Source: Eledone cirrhosa
Taxonomy: Eukaryota
Direction: 5' to 3'
DNA length: 64,000 bases
NCBI GenBank assembly: GCA_964016885.1
Contig: OZ024761.1
Span: 21,390,001-21,454,000, forward strand
Shown piece after piece: positions 37,901 to 52,000 of the stretch (position 1 is the first letter of the stretch; every line of letters starts with the position of its first letter). The notes under the pieces are model-generated. The model saw only the letters and a list, made by a program, of their open reading frames with translations, did no database searches and had not been told where the DNA came from. A program made the translations under genes and the position numbers.

Positions 37901-40900
37901 TGTGGTTGGTGTTAGGAAGGTGTGTGACAGCTCACACCTGTGCAGGTTTAGCTGGCCCCCTCCAAGGTATATCTCGTTGGAGGTGTCTTGGGTAATTTAA
38001 TGATAGGGACCCCAGTCATATCAACTTATTTCTACAGCTGAGTAAACTGCAGCAACGTGAAATAAAGTGTCTTGCTCAAGGAAACAACACATCACCCGGT
38101 GCGAGAATTGAACTCACAACCTTTCGATTGCAAGCCCAATGCTCTAACTACTAAGCCAGCTGTAATAAAACCTGCCAGAGACGCTTCCGTGAAAGCAAGA
38201 CATGGTCTCCCGACCATTCCCGCATCAAATGGAACAAAACCGTCTAACCCATGCTAGAGTGGAAGATGGAGGTTAAACGATGATGATGATGGTAATTAAA
38301 TCTGAGCAGACATTGTTGTAAAGTGAAGTAAATGTTTTTTTTTTGTTGTTTTGTTGCCAGGGAGAAGAAGTGTACAACACCTATGGAATGTTAAGTAATT
38401 CCCAGCTGTTGCACATGTATGGTTTCGCAGAACCATATCCTAACAATGGAAATGACACAGTAAGTAACTCTCATATATAATAATAATAATAATAATGAAA
38501 TTATTGTGTACAGTGTTCTGGTGCACTACAACTCATCAAAGGTGCATGTATAGTACATAGAATAATATACAAATATCAGGGAAGTGAACAGTGTATGAGT
38601 CATTGATATACATGTGTGTATGTGTATGAAGGGGGAACATTATGTGTAGTGTTGGCGAATTTCAGGAACGATGGAGGTTTTAAAGGATGCAGTGTCTCGA
38701 CAGCTAACAACTGATGCAAGTAGTTTGTTCCATGCTTCAGCAACTGCACAATATCACCTCATACATGCTTTTATTCTACAAACATTTCTTTCTTTGAAGG
38801 CTCTTGTTGTTGTTCTTCTTCTCCTCTTTCATCATCATCATCATCGTTTTAACCTTTTAGCATTTACATACTCTATATATACTATAGTATTTTTGTGATA
38901 AAGGTTTTATCTTACATAATTATCTCACATAATATTGAATCTATGAGATTTTGATATTATTTATTTTGATAACAATACCTTAAAATAAGTATAAGCAGCC
39001 AATTATGGCCGGTTTAAATGCTAAAGGGTTACATATCCCCATTTTGCAAGAGTGACTTTTGCACGTTCAACACCAGATCTTAGTCTGTTTAGGCATTTCC
39101 ACACTGCATGGTATCTGCTCCAGTGGGGCAGTGCCTCACTCGCCTGTATTGACCCCTATTTTCCTTTGATCTTTATTGCTTATATCTTCCTGTTTAGGTT
39201 GAAATCCCCATCAAACTTTTCAAGGAATGCACAGCTGAATTGGGAGTGCACACTGGCAATACGAAGTTACTACAGGAAAAGTGGCAATCGTTATCAACAT
39301 CTGTGAGTATTTATAGCCTATGTTTGTGTGTGTATCTGTGTTTATATGTGTGTAGATTGGCAGCAATAATCAGTAAAGCTTCAGACAACATGCTTTGCAG
39401 CATATAGTTACGTCCCTTTATGTTCTGAGTTAAAATCTTGCTGAGGTTAGCTTTGCCCTTTATCCTTACTAAAATAAAGTACCAGTCACGCACTGGGGTC
39501 GATTTGATTGACTTTTCCCTCACCCACATTTGCTGGTCTTGTACCTCAATCAGAAATCATTATTATTAGGTTAACTTTGCCTTTCATCCTTACGGGGTCG
39601 ATAAAATAAAGTACCAGTAATGTACTGAGGTAATTGCTGGCCTTGTGCCAAAAGTAGAAACAATTATTATTATTTTATAATGTGGAAAGTTATATAAAAC
39701 TAAACAATTCAAAATGAACGATAAGGTGGAAGTAACGAGAAATTTAGTTACCTGGTAATCTTTGTTTTTGTTGCTGTTGTTTCTTTTGTCCTAATATTTT
39801 GGGTCTAAAAACTCCCATCTTCAGAGTTTAAGGAACTCAGAGTTTCTTCTCTTTAGAATCAAATTTATATTTACTACTCCAGGGGTGGTGGAAGCATTGT
39901 TTAACTTTATATAACTTTCCACATTATATAATATATTATTTACAATGCTTCAAGCAAACTACATTTTATTATTATTATTATTGTCTTTTTTTTTTTCAAG
40001 AATTTCATTAATGAAGATGATGCATTTTTGCTTGGCATGCATGGTTTCCTGACAAAAGAGGAATTAGTCTTATGTCTCCAGGTAATCACATTCTTTGTTT
40101 ATTTTCTTGAATTGTTTACTGTCGTAGTATGTGTATAAAAATGCTCTCAGCACTGGGAACATGCTCGCTACTCCAGGGGCGGTTGCCTATAAAATTTGTC
40201 CAGTGATGCTTTCCTGAGACATTCTAACCTCATGTCTGTAATATCTGAGCTCTGATCTCTCAATTTGGAGAAGTAGCTGCTCTACTTGGAGTGTCTCTCT
40301 GATCTCTGAGCTGTGCATTCTGACCTCATGTCTAATATTGGAGCTGTGATCTCTACAGGGAGTGACTCTCTGTTCTCCAAGTTTCGTTATTCAAAAGTTC
40401 TTTCAAACATTAAAAAAATACTAAAGCATTTTATTTAATGATTTTTTTTCTCTCTGACACCCCTTTTTTTTTCTCTAGATGTCAATTTTGGATTCTTCTG
40501 AATTTGCGGAATTCAAAAAGAGAGGAGGTTTCGATGTCGTTCAAAGTAGTGTCTCAACTGAAACTAAAATAGAAGCTAATGACAACACCGATGATGATAA
40601 TACTGCTGATGAGGGTGGTGATGAGGATGATGGTGATGATGATGATTATGAACTTCACTTTAGTAAGTGCTTGTTTAACTTTTTTGATACCAAAACGTCT
40701 GAACCCCCCCTCCCCATCACCCGTTTTTATCTATATATAAAACAGTTTGTTTTAAAGTTTATATATATATAGTTATAATAATAATAAATGTGAAGACTAA
40801 AATTCGAAGAGGGCTCGATAAAGCTAATATATATATAAATATATATAGTTTCAGAAGATCCTGTTAAGGGTGAAAGCAGTGATTCTTTGCTTAAACTTTA

Positions 40901-43124
40901 ATATGTTATTTTAATAAATATATATATAGGTAGCGTTTTTCCCGGCATCGTAGATGCTACTTTCTTCCTAAAATAAATCCCCAAAATCTACCATGCATCC
41001 TGGAGGCCAAAGGTTGTTTATTATTTTTTTTTAAATTTTTGCTTGTCAAAATTAGGGTGCGTCCTCGAGGACGGGAAATACGGTATATATACAGGTATAC
41101 ATCGGCTTATGTCAGTTCCAGTTTCCTCATTTTTGAAGTTACATCAGTTTTTTTCTTAACCCTTTAGCATTTACATTACTCTATATTTACTATTATATTT
41201 TCACGGTAAAAGCTTTACTGTACATACTTATCTCTCATAATATCGAATCTATGAGATTTTGATGTTATTTATTTTGAGTACCTTACCTTAACATCAGTAT
41301 GAGTGGCCAGTTACAGCTAGTTTGAACAGAAAGAAGTGAGAGAATTCTGGCCAGATACGGTCGGTTGAAATGCTAAAGCGTTAATGTTATACAGTGAAAT
41401 TCCGTTATAATGAAATTCATGGGGTATAAAAAAAAATTCGTTGTAACGAACAATTCTTTGTAACAATATCGACCTAACACATCGAGTGTTTGGCCAGGAA
41501 GTGAAAAATTCGTTATAATGGAATTTTACCTGTATGGCAACAATAAACCTTGTTTATATCGATTGACCCAACTTTACATTGGTCTGCCAAAAATATTAAA
41601 CCATAAAAAACACAAAACATATGAAATCACATTTAAATAAATGTTAAAATATACATGTATGTTAAATAATTGTTTCTACTATTGGTACAAGGCCAGCAAT
41701 TACCCCCAGTGTATTACTGGTACTTTATTTTATCGACCCCATAAGGATGAAAGGCAAAGTTAACCTTGGCGGGATTTGAACTCAGACCGTAAAGGGTCGT
41801 AACTCTATGCTGGAAAGCAGGGCGTCCGACATGTACGTTAAATAATAATAGTATATAATACTTTCTCACTTCCATTCTTTCTCTCTCTCTATCCTACTGT
41901 GTTCAGACCTGGAGAGGAGATGGGTTCTGCCATGTTTTAAAATGCCCTACAAACACTGTATGTCAATATGGCGCCCCTATGACACCCTCGGAAGTTACGG
42001 GGCCATGCATGCAAAGACATTAGAGATATTTTAATTAAGAAACTAATTTTTAGTGGTAAAAAAAAATCTTTTTATTTTATTTTTATCTCCCTTGATTTTT
42101 ACAGAAGAGCTTCGAAACTTTAGTCTACCCTGCAGAAAGTTATTAGTACAGTAAGACTCATATTTCTTCTATCTCAATCTCATATATAATTTACTTCTTT
42201 TAAACGGTTTTTTGAATACAAGCCAGTAAAGAGCTTCCTAAGCTCTGTAAGAAAATATTCTTTCTAGTGGCATTCCTAAAATATTTCAGTTTATTTTAAT
42301 CCATTATTGTTTTCTCACACACGCCTCTAGAGCTACCTCCCCAATTCCCACCCACACACTGTAAAGTGGTAGTTTTGGTGCCACAATAAACAGCACTCAG
42401 TCCACACTGTAAAGTGGGAGTTTTGGTGTTACGATAAAATACACCCAGTCCACACTGTAAAGTGGTTGTGTTGGTGTCACAATAAACAGCACCCAGTCCT
42501 CACTGTAAACTGGTAGATTTGGTGCCACAATAAACAGCATCCAGTCCGTCTCAAGCCCGGTGATTATCCCAGTTTCTGTGGTGTGAAGTGACTGAGAGTA
42601 CAAGACAACCCCCCCCCCCCCCTGGTCAGGACGCCAGTCTATCTCAGGGTTAAATCCCCCAGCTATTGCTGCTGGTACTCATTTTCAGTTGAGTAAACTG
42701 GAGCTACGTAAAATGTTTTTTTATCAAGAACACAACCAGGAATTGAACCCTTAACATGATCGCAAGTCCAACACACCACCATCATCATCATCATTGATTA
42801 ATGTCTATCTTCCACGCTAGTATGGGTTAGAAAGGTCCCATTTAGAGGCAAGTTGGATTGGGTGACCGTGTCTCTCTCATATAGGGGTGTTTCTGGCTGG
42901 ACGCCCTTAATAAAAATAAGAAAAGGCCAACAACTTCAAAACTCTTTGTTTCCAGGGTTGCTGACAGATGTTTAACACAGTACAGAACCACCTTAGAAGA
43001 AGATGCTATCAAGTTGTCCCCAGAAAATCTGGAACAGTTACCAGCCTATGAAAAATTTGCTCTCTACACAACTCACTCTCAAAAAAAAATTTTGGAAAAG
43101 CTTATTAAGTATTGTCAGTGTTGA
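31288..43124 (+). CDS. SETD6: SETD6-like N-lysine methyltransferase (SET plus Rubisco-LSMT substrate-binding domain), 11 exons, ~529 aa
   Basis: Exons: 31288-31536 (alternative ATG at 31387), 33793-33937, 34487-34637, 35197-35325, 36797-37028, 38361-38459, 39198-39302, 40001-40081, 40479-40662, 42105-42150, 42956-43124 (1590 nt). Motifs typical of SETD6: [78 protein letters not shown]. Confidence 0.9.
35795..36250 (+). mobile_element. Tx1/L1-clade LINE 3' end
   Basis: [13 protein letters not shown]...F..RW C-terminal motif, followed by a 3' UTR and AATAAA at ~36237. Confidence 0.6.
36660..36805 (+). repeat. Three 47-bp tandem copies of the SETD6 exon 5 splice acceptor
   Basis: gtatggtaacaaatagggttaatttctctgctctattctctagacca starts at 36660, 36707 and 36754. 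Confidence 0.92.
41392..41532. mobile_element. Tc1/pogo-type MITE
   Basis: TA|cagtgaaattccgttataa ... ttataatggaattttacctg|TA. A second pogo-like MITE ending gggaaatacggta lies at ~40930-41085. Confidence 0.65.
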
Positions 43125-45427
43125 ATAAAGTTTATACATCAGACTATTTCGGTTTTCATTATTGCTGTTTAGGGGCGGTGGATTGACAGTATCGGTAAAG
43201 GGTCAGATGCCATGCTTTGAAGCATAGAGTTACGGTCCTTTATGGTCCGAGTTCAAATCCCGCCAAGGTTAACTTTGCCTTTCATCCTTACGGGGGGTCG
43301 ATAAAATAAAGTACCAGTAATGTAATGGCATCGATTTAATTGACTTTCTCCCTCTCCTAAAATTGCTGGCCTTGTGCCTTTATTAAAAATCATTATTATT
43401 GTTTGTTGTATAATACTAAAACACATACATAACACTTTCAGTATCTTCTACTGTGGCTCCAGACTGACCAATGCCTTGTGAGTGAAGTTTAGTTGATAGA
43501 AACTGAGGAAAAGCTACATATATCATCATGGTGGTGGATTGGCTGTAATCGGTAGAGCGTCGGATAACATGCTTTACGGCTCTTTACATTGTGTTCAACA
43601 GCTTTGCCTTTCATCCTTACGTGGTCAATAAAATAAAGTACCAGTAATACACTGGGGTCAATTTAATCGACCCCCCCCTCTCTCTCTTCCACAAATGCTG
43701 GCCTTGTGCCTAAATAAAGTACCAGTAATGCACTGGGTAATTGCTGGCCTTGTGCCTAAAGTAGAAACAATTATATATATATTCACCATCGTTTAACGTC
43801 TAGCATGGGTTAGACGGGAGCTGTCCCACTTGAGGCAGGATTGGTCAGATGACCGTGTCTCACTTGTATAGGACGATCTGGCAGGTTTTCTACGGCTGGA
43901 TTCCCTTCCTAACCCCATATTATCATCATCATCGTTTAACGTCCATCTTCCACGCTTGCTTGGACGGGCCATTTTATATATATATATTCCGTCTAACCCA
44001 TGCTAGCATGGAAAGTGAACAAGGATGATGATGATATCATCATCATTGTTTTATGTCCATTCTTCCACGCTGGCATGGGTTAGACAGGTTGTCCTGTTGT
44101 GGGCAATGCCAGGTCAGGTGACCATGTCTTGCTCATACGGGAACTGATTTTGACTTAGTTTCTACAGCTGGATGCCCTTCCTAACACCAACCTCATTTAC
44201 AGTGAGTGCTGGGTGCTTTTTTAACTGGTGGCACCTACATGTCCACTTTACAGTGTGGGCTGGGTGCTTTTTTACCGTGGCACCTACACGACCATATTTT
44301 ATGCCCGCTTTTCCCTGCTCGCAAGGGTGGGACGGGTCTTATTCAGCACAGCATCTCTCCACTTGTCACGGTCCTTCGTCATCTCCACCGTGAGCTTCAG
44401 CGATCTGAGGTCTGTTCTCACCACCTCCGCCCATGTTTTTCGCGGTCTACCTCTACGTCAAGTGCCATATATATATAAATAAAACAATATACTGTATGTA
44501 TATAAACATATATATACCTGGATGCATTTCTTGTATAAAAAAACAATACTACCTTCATAACAAGAATATATCAACCAGTCAGCTAAACATGGAAAACTCA
44601 TTTTTCTTCCAAGCTACATCCACAAAAATTCAATCTCAATCCTTTTTTTTATCTTTTAAAAATGAGACTTCATTCACTTCCCAAGATCGAACCAAGGAAA
44701 CAATATTTCCATTGTTGATACTGTCTCTTGTTCACAACTCCTGGCAGAAAGAGCGATGTGAAATCAACTGTCTTACTTGCTCAAAGACAATGCATTGCTT
44801 GGTTGAGGAATCAAACTGACAACTTCATGATTACAATTTTGAATCCAATTCTCTAACCACTAAGCCACACACCTTCACAACATTAATTTGACAATCATTT
44901 GTCAGCTATAAATTTGATCATCAAGACATCAATGTCTCCATTATAAATAGTGGACTTTACCAGTAACAGGATACACAGCAAAGACTTTTAGAGTCAACCA
45001 GCAATGCCAACAACTCAGCCAGCCCATTAAATACTAAGTTAACCCTTAAGCATTTAAACCAGCCAGAATTATCTCACCTCTTTCTGTTCAAGATGGCTGC
45101 TCATACTGATGTTAAGGTATTGTCCTCAAAACAAATATCAAAATTTCAGATTTGATATTATGTGAGGTAAAGCCTTTATTATGAAAATACAATAGCAAAT
45201 ATAAGGGTAATGTAAATGTTAAAGGGTTAAGGGCCAAAACACTTGCTTGAGGGGGGGGGGGGGGGGGTTTCTTCTCTAAAAACCTTCTGCTGTCCAGTTC
45301 TGAGAGTTACTTACCACTAAACATGATTCACTGAATCCATAGTAAAACCCAAACGAAGGCTTATTTATTAGGCCTCGTTCAAAGAAGTGGAGACAGAACA
45401 GAACATTGTATATCGTATGTAACATGT

Positions 45428-45670
45428 GAAGGCGCATAGCTTAGTGGTTAGAGCATTGGCCTTGCAATCAAAAGGTTGTGAGTTCAATTCCCGGACCGGG
45501 TGATGTGTTGTTTCCTTGAGCAAAACACTATTTCACATTGCTCCAGTTTACTCAGCTGTAGAAATGAGATGATAGGACTGGGTCCCTATCATTAAATTAC
45601 CCAAGACACCTTCAACGAGATATACCTTGGAGGATGCCAGCTAAACCTGCACAGGTGCGAGGTGTCAACA
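45428..45670 (+). mobile_element. tRNA-derived SINE family B, representative copy
   Basis: ggcgcatagcttagtggttagagcatt (A box), gagttcaattcc (B box), ccttgagcaaaacact..ttcacattgctccagtttactcagctg core. Other copies: ~8160-8385 (-), 16025-16145, 20170-20425 (-), 25253-25400, 37065-37336 (-, flanked by duplicated taggtgttgatc), 37925-38160 (-), 42550-42775 (-), 63260-63485 (-). Confidence 0.82.
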
Positions 45671-47248
45671 CACACGTAACATCTCCGAAACACAAAAACA
45701 ATTATATTTTGTTGCTATAGTGACGTTTATTTTAAAAAAAGTTAAAGAATAAATAGAAACCATTTAAGAAAAAAAAAAAAAAAAAAAAAAAAACCTCCTA
45801 TCCTTGTATTAGCAATCATACGAAGTTGGCAGCAGTGTCTGCCAAGTTAAGAGTAGAATGGGGGGAATATAGGTAGGTAGGGGAGAGGAAGAGGGGAAAC
45901 AATTCTCGCTTATAACTACTTACCATCAGTTCTTTCTCTCTCCAGCAGTGGTTGAGAGGAGGAGGGGCAGAAGAGGAGGAACAAACAGTCTAACATTTAC
46001 TCAGCTTTACATAAAAAATGGTGAAAGATGCAAATGTGCTAGTGGTAAACCAGGAACAATGAGATGGCCAACCATACAAGTTGTCTTGTCTTTTGTTGTT
46101 TGGTGTGTTTTTTTTCTTCTCTTTTCCCATTTACAAAGTTGCAATAAGAAAAGAAAGAAAAGAAAGAAAAAATTAAAATTCTCTATAATAGAATAATGGA
46201 AAGTAAAAAAAAAAAAAAGGAAATGAAGCAGAGTCGCTAAAAATTGTATATTTACAATAATAATAATTGTTTCTACTTTTGGCACAAGGCCAGCAATTAT
46301 CCCAGTGCATTACTGGTACTTTATTTTATCGACCCCGTAAGGATGAAAGGCAAAGTTAACCTCAGCGGGATCTGAACTCAGAATGGCAAGGGCCGTAACT
46401 CAATGCGTCAAAGCATGGCGTCCAACCCTCTACCGATACTGCCAATCTACCGCCCTACAATAATAATAATAAAAAAAGAACCCCCACAAACTAAAGGGCT
46501 ACAGATCAATCTTCTTGTTCAGTTAAGGAGCCAAATATAGCCACTAGCCCTAGTTGTCTAAATGCTCAGACTTGAAGGTAAAACTGGAAGGACATCTACA
46601 GAGTCTGTCGTAAGAGCAGAACTTAATACCAGTGAAACTGAAAATGAAAGCAAACTGCTCGAAAGGTTTTTAGAACTTCCATAATCTCTATTAGACTAAA
46701 GTGAGGCGTGTGTGTGCGTATTATATATATATAGTAATAATAATAAATGTGAAGACTAAATCCAAAGAGGGCTCGATAAGGATAAATATATATCAAATAT
46801 TTATTAAAATAACATTAAAGTTTAAGCAAAGAATCGCTGCTTTCACCGTTAACGGGATCTAAGGGTGTAAACAGCGATTCTTTGCTTAAACTTTAATCTG
46901 TTATTTTAATAAATATATATTTATATAATAAAATTATAAGTTTGAAGAACAGTCAGATAAAATTTAACTAATTTTTCTTCTTAGTCCGTAGAAATTAACT
47001 AGATAAATACTCATTTAAACGGAGCTAAGTTTAAAATGTAACTTTAAAGAAATATATATATATTTCCCAAGTTAGGTGGGTGTATAAATATATATTATCT
47101 AAGTGAGGAGTGTGTATGTTTATATATTATCTAAGGGAGATGTGTATGTGTGTGTATAGATATATATATATATGCATATTATTTCAAGTTTTACATCAAA
47201 GTTGTTGCATCCTGGCAACAAGCTAGGAAAAGCAGACGTAAAATGAAG

Positions 47249-47282
<34 letters not shown>

Positions 47283-47571
47283 GTGTGTATATGTGGCAGC
47301 CACTGACAACTTTGCAGGTGGTTAGAAAAAAAGAAAAAGAAGGGGGAAGGGGGGCTAGAAGGAGGGACAAAAGGAAGTAAAAATACGGAGAAGTAAAATG
47401 AAAGCTGAAGATAATGATAATAGTTAGATAATAGTTTATATGAAGTTATATTAAGAAAATAAATGGAAGGGAAAGGCCAATCAGTAAAGTATGGAGAGCT
47501 GGCAACATTAGTTGAGAAGATGAAATGCAAGCATACTGATAGGGAGAAAAAGGGATTATGATAAAGACTGT

Positions 47572-48022
47572 AGTATATATATATATATAATGTATATATA
47601 TATATACATATTATATACTATATATATATACATATATGTATATATATATATATATATACATACATATTATATACTATATATATATACATATATGTATATA
47701 TATATATACATATATACTATATATATACATATGTATATATATATATATATATATACATATGTATATATATATATATATACATATGTATATATATATATAT
47801 ACATATGTATATATATATATACACATATGTATATATATATATGTATATATACATATATGGATATATATACATATATGTATATATATATACATATATGGAT
47901 ATATATACATATACTATATATATACATATATGGATATATATACATATACTATATATATACATATATGGATATATATACATATACTATATATATACATATA
48001 CTATATATATACATATATATAT

Positions 48023-48061
<39 letters not shown>

Positions 48062-48433
48062 TATATATATACACATATATATACTATATATATATACATA
48101 TATGTATATATACACATATATATACTATATATATATACATATATGTATATATACACATATATACATATATATATATACATATATGTATATATATATATAC
48201 ATATTATATACTATATATATATACATATATGTATATATACATATATACTTATATACTATATATATATACATATATGTATATATATACATATTATATACTA
48301 TATATATATACATATATGTATATATACATATATACTATATATGTATATATATATATATAATGTATATATACTATATATATACATATTATATACTATATAT
48401 GTATATACACTATACATATATATATATATCATA
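47572..48433. repeat. Compound (TA)n/(TACA)n microsatellite just 3' of the RANBP1 stop
   Basis: About 860 bp of alternating purine-pyrimidine sequence. Confidence 0.95.
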
Positions 48434-48461
48434 TAAGGAAGTGAAAAGTAGGCAGGCACAG

Positions 48462-48967
48462 CTAAGTCTCTTTCTTTTCACTGACAGTGCTAGTACTGTC
48501 ATTACTGTCATCTGTACAAGACTTTTCACTGACACAGCTATTCTCATCTGTACAAGACTTTACTGTTTCTTTCTCTGGTGAACTCGTTTCAGTATTTTCT
48601 TTCTTGGCACTTTCTGATGACATTTTCAGCTTATCAATCTTGTCTGTAAGTTCATCTTCAGATTCACCTAAATAAGATTTACATATAGTATTATTATTAT
48701 AATTATGATCACATAGAAAAATTTAAACATGAAAAAAAAAAAAATAAAATGTTTTTTTTTTAAATCAGAATCTCATAGATTTGATATCATGTGAGATTGA
48801 GTGTTTACCATGAAAATACAATAGTATATATAGAGTAATGTAAATGTTATGTGAGATATTATGTGAGGTAAAACCTTTACTGTGAAAATACAATAGTATA
48901 TATAGAGTAATGTAAATGGTAAAGAGTTAATAGTTCAAGAACTTCAAACAAAAACATTGCTTTTTAG

Positions 48968-49005
<38 letters not shown>

Positions 49006-52000
49006 GACACACACACACATATATATATATATATATGACACACACACACACATATATATATATATCACAAAAGAACCAAATTCAAGCAAAACACTTACTA
49101 GAAGATACTGGACAATTTCCGAGAACTATTTTTTTGGCTTCTTCAAATTTCTCTTTAAATAACTGTGCATCTATAAACAGAAAATACACCAATGTCAACA
49201 ACATCACCACCACCACCACCACTACCACTCATCATCAATGTATATGATAAAGGGTTAAAGTTTTCATCCATCTTCCTGTTTTAGACTTTCTCTCTATTCT
49301 CTTATCCCTTGTATATATATCTTAAGTCTCTCTCAAGGTTCTTATATCAAATTAAATTGAAAACCTTTAAAATGGGTGGTTTTATTCCATAGAAACAGAG
49401 CTTGATTTACTAAAATTAAATATTTAATTGATAGTAACCCTTTAGCATTTAAACCGGCCATAATTCTCTCACTTCTTTCTGTCCAAACCGGCCATAGCTG
49501 GCCACTCATACTGACATTAAGGTATTGTTCTCAAAATAAACAATATCATCAAAATCTCATAGATTCCATATTCATCATCATCGTTTAACATCTATCTTCC
49601 ACGCTAGTATGGGTTAGACGCGAATTGTCCCACTTGAGGCAAGATTGATCGGGTGACCGTGTCACGCTCATGTAGGACTATTATGTGAGATACAGCCTTT
49701 ACCATGAAAATATAATAGTAATGTAAATGCTAAAGGGCTAACCAATAATAATAAATAACACGTACTTTCACTATTAGCAAATTTAATTGCCAACAGTTCA
49801 GGTTTGGTTTTTTCATCAGCAAAATCAGCCAGTGTACTCCAGACCCAAGCGCGATCACTACTAATGCTTGGTTTTAGCTCCATACTTTTAGTTACTGTAG
49901 AGAAAAATATAAAAACGTTTATTAGACTAATAAATAAACCTCATTGGGTGAAAATACCCAAGATAAATTTTGATAAAACAAGAAATGAAACATACAATTA
50001 CTATCATATATAAACAATGTCACTTTGACGAATCAAAGAAAGGATAAAAAAACAAAAACAGACCCTTAAATATATTTTCCGTGCTATTTCCAACTTCACC
50101 CTCCCTCTCTATATATCTATATTTATATATATATATATATATATACATACATATATGAGTGCGTTGTGATTGCCTTAAATCAAATAGTACCTGCTGTACA
50201 ACTAAAACTACGATTTACAACTATTACACACATGTGTGTGTGTTTATGTATATATATATGCACATGTATCTCAATACAATACTATAAAGCATGGTATTGT
50301 ACCAATATACATACATGTATATTAGATAAACATACACACACATCATCATCACCATTGCAGTTTTAAGTGAACATTAAAACAACTTCAATTTATACCCATT
50401 ATATATATATATATATATGTAATCTGAGTTTTTTTTATATTAATAACATTCAATTCGTTTGCAATTATGCAAACAAGCCTCATTTTTAAAGTTATGTCAG
50501 TAGAATGAACCCTTCATTCTTGCCCTTGTGTTGGCATGGAAACAGAACTGCAGACACTCATGTTTCTGGGTATCACCCTTCACCAGTACAGCTCACTGTT
50601 CACCTGCCAAACTGTCAGAGCTAGTGAAAATATATGCTATTTTCTAAAATATACAGTGACTGATTTAAATATATATATATATGATGAATTACTAGTCAAA
50701 ATGAAATATGGTCAAATGGAGCTACACAGCCTAATGTAAAGATGAGAAAAAGTAGATGACTGGCAACTGACAAGTGTAGAAAGAGTGAAGTTAGAGAAAC
50801 CCTTATAAGGTATGTACAGGTTAATAACTTACTGTAATGGTTGGCACAGATCTTGAATGTCTTGTCTCGACGCATCACCAATCTGATTTGATCACAGTCC
50901 TTATTTCGGAGCAACTTTACATCACCGGTGCCTCGTTCTTTCCATTCAGGGGAATCAGAGTTAACATAACGAAACAGTTTCGCTCGACTGAACAATTAGA
51001 AATAAAACAAAATGGCTATTTAGTTGGGTTTTTTTTAAATCAAATATTTTGAAGAATCTCGTCAACAAAACTATTCCTTTCAACCAGGATTTCCAAAACT
51101 TTTCCAACACAGAACCCTTTTTGGTTCAGAAACTTTTGGGGGAACCCCAAAGTCTAATACTGTTATATAATAATACATATAGCCCTCTACCTTTTGTTCC
51201 CAGAATCCCAGACACTCCTTTGCAGAACCCATTTTGGGAACCACGGCTTTAGACATCCTAAATATGTGGTACATACATACACTGTTATGTTATATATAGT
51301 CCTACATACACTGATATATATATAGTACTACATAGTTACTGTTATATATATGGTACTACATACACTGTTGTATATATAGTACTACATACAGTTATATATA
51401 TGGCACTACATACACTGTTGTATATATAGTACTACATACAGTTACTGTTATATATATAGTACTACATACACTGTTGTATATATAGTACTACATACACTGT
51501 TATATATATAGTACTACATACACTGTTGTATATATAGTACTACATACACTGTTATATATATAGTACTACATACACTGTTATATATATAGTACTACATACA
51601 CTGTTGTATATATAGTACTACATACACTGTTGTATATATAGTACTACATACAGTTACTGTTATATATATAGTACTACATACACTGTTGTATATATAGTAC
51701 TACATACACTGTTATATATATAGTACTACATACACTGTTGTATATATAGTACTACATACAGTTATATATATGGCACTACATACACTGTTATATATATAGT
51801 ACTACATACACTGTTGTATATATAGTACTACATACACTGTTCTATATATAGTACTACATACAGTTACTGTTATATATATAGTACTACATACACTGTTGTA
51901 TATATGGTACTACATACAGTGTTATATATATAGTACTACATACACTTGTATATATAGTACTACATACACTTGTATATATAGTACTACATACAGTTAGTTA

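Noticed and set aside
45428-45500. tRNA gene
   Set aside because: A and B boxes are present, but the sequence continues into a SINE body with many diverged copies and lacks a clean cloverleaf.
47590-48581. Long YI-rich ORFs
   Set aside because: They are translations of the (TA)n microsatellite.
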